DNA of 64,000 nucleotides from an uncultured Bacteroidota bacterium (GTDB lineage Bacteria; Bacteroidota; Ignavibacteria; UBA10030; UBA6906): NCBI GenBank assembly GCA_963700635.1, contig CAVOYH010000004.1, positions 736,001 to 800,000 of the forward strand, read 5' to 3'. Shown piece by piece: positions 63,025 to 64,000 of this stretch (position 1 is its first letter; each line of letters starts with the position of its first letter). The notes under the pieces were generated by a model. It saw only the letters and a program-made list of their open reading frames with translations, ran no database searches and was not told where the DNA came from. The position numbers and the translations under genes were made by a program.

Positions 63025-64000
63025 ATGAAAAAAACGAAATTTACGACGGTGAGCGGTGAGCCGATCGCGCCGTTGTACACGCCCGGCGACGTGGCACAGA
63101 GTAATTTCCAGACGTCCATCGGACACCCCGGTGAGTATCCGTATACCCGCGGGATTCATGAGTCGATGTACCGGGGCCGGCTCTGGACGATGCGGCAGTT
63201 CGCCGGGTTCGGGGCTCCGGAAGACACCAATGAGCGTTATCACTATCTGCTGGGCCATGGCCAGACCGGCCTCTCGGTGGCATTTGACCTGCCCACGCTG
63301 ATGGGGAAAGACAGCGATGATCCGCTTTCTGAAGGAGAGGTGGGGATCTGCGGCGTGTCGGTGAGTTCGCTTGCGGATATGGAGATACTTTTCCAAGGGA
63401 TCACGCTGAACGACATCTCGACCTCCATGACGATTAACGCGCCCGCCGCGATGGCGCTTGCGATGTACGTTATCGTTGCCGAGAAGCAGGGCGCCCGCCC
63501 TTCAGATCTGCGCGGCACGATCCAGACCGATATTCTTAAAGAGTACATCGCCCAGAAAGAATGGATTTATCCACCGCGTCCCTCGATGCGGATTGTGACG
63601 GATATGATCGAGTACTGCTCGGAGGAAATGCCACTCTGGAATCCGGTGTCGGTGAGCGGGTATCATATCCGCGAAGCCGGTTCCACCGCCGTCCAGGAGC
63701 TGGCCTTCACACTGGCCGACGGGTTTGCGTACGTTGAGGCCTGCCTGGAACGCGGGATGGATGTGGATGCGTTTGCCCCGCGGCTGTCGTATTTTTTTAA
63801 TTCCCATCTGGACTTCTTCGAGGAAATCGCGAAGTTCCGCGCCGCACGTCGGATCTATGCCAAGCGGATGAAGGAACGGTACGGGGCCAAGAATGCGCGG
63901 TCCATGACGCTGCGCTTTCACACGCAGACCGCCGGATGCACGCTCACCGCGCAACAGCCCGAGAACAATATCGTGCGGACGGCCTTTCAGGCGCTCGCCG
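63025..64000 (+). CDS. acyl-CoA mutase large subunit, isobutyryl-CoA mutase type; truncated by the window end and absent from the ORF track
   Basis: Translated by hand: [52 protein letters not shown]. Confidence 0.9.
   Translation, partial: MKKTKFTTVSGEPIAPLYTPGDVAQSNFQTSIGHPGEYPYTRGIHESMYRGRLWTMRQFAGFGAPEDTNERYHYLLGHGQTGLSVAFDLPTLMGKDSDDPLSEGEVGICGVSVSSLADMEILFQGITLNDISTSMTINAPAAMALAMYVIVAEKQGARPSDLRGTIQTDILKEYIAQKEWIYPPRPSMRIVTDMIEYCSEEMPLWNPVSVSGYHIREAGSTAVQELAFTLADGFAYVEACLERGMDVDAFAPRLSYFFNSHLDFFEEIAKFRAARRIYAKRMKERYGAKNARSMTLRFHTQTAGCTLTAQQPENNIVRTAFQALA

Overview
A GC-rich bacterial chromosomal window. Its gene content suggests an Ignavibacteria/Bacteroidota-Chlorobi-group anaerobe or facultative organism (inference). 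About eight genes carry single-base frameshifts that look like long-read assembly errors. Most of the window is housekeeping: bshA, ackA, hbd, two ABC export systems, a CHASE2 cyclase/M48/LPP20 envelope cluster, a glycosyltransferase-flippase cluster, dinB plus a DnaQ/GIY-YIG nuclease, msrA, a SAM-I riboswitch-controlled metY-metX-lysC-asd operon, purF, ftsY, mutL and a partial isobutyryl-CoA-mutase-like gene. Two regions stand out. (1) 47.4-56.3 kb: an 86-aa secreted precursor carries four identical copies of the 12-mer SGVPVIPDSPRP, encoded by synonymously diverged codons. It is transcribed divergently from an orphan multi-pass membrane protein and a receiver-less, GAFTGA-less AAA+ regulator, and lies next to a site-2 protease and an ECF sigma / anti-sigma / exported TPR-CHAT protease module. 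This is a candidate undescribed peptide-pheromone signalling system. (2) 39.2-46.0 kb: a GntR-controlled operon encoding a DAP-dehydrogenase-like enzyme, a PLP enzyme, an unassigned B12-binding protein and a KamB-like protein, a candidate uncharacterised cobalamin-dependent amino-acid pathway. All assignments come from reading motifs by eye; no searches were run.
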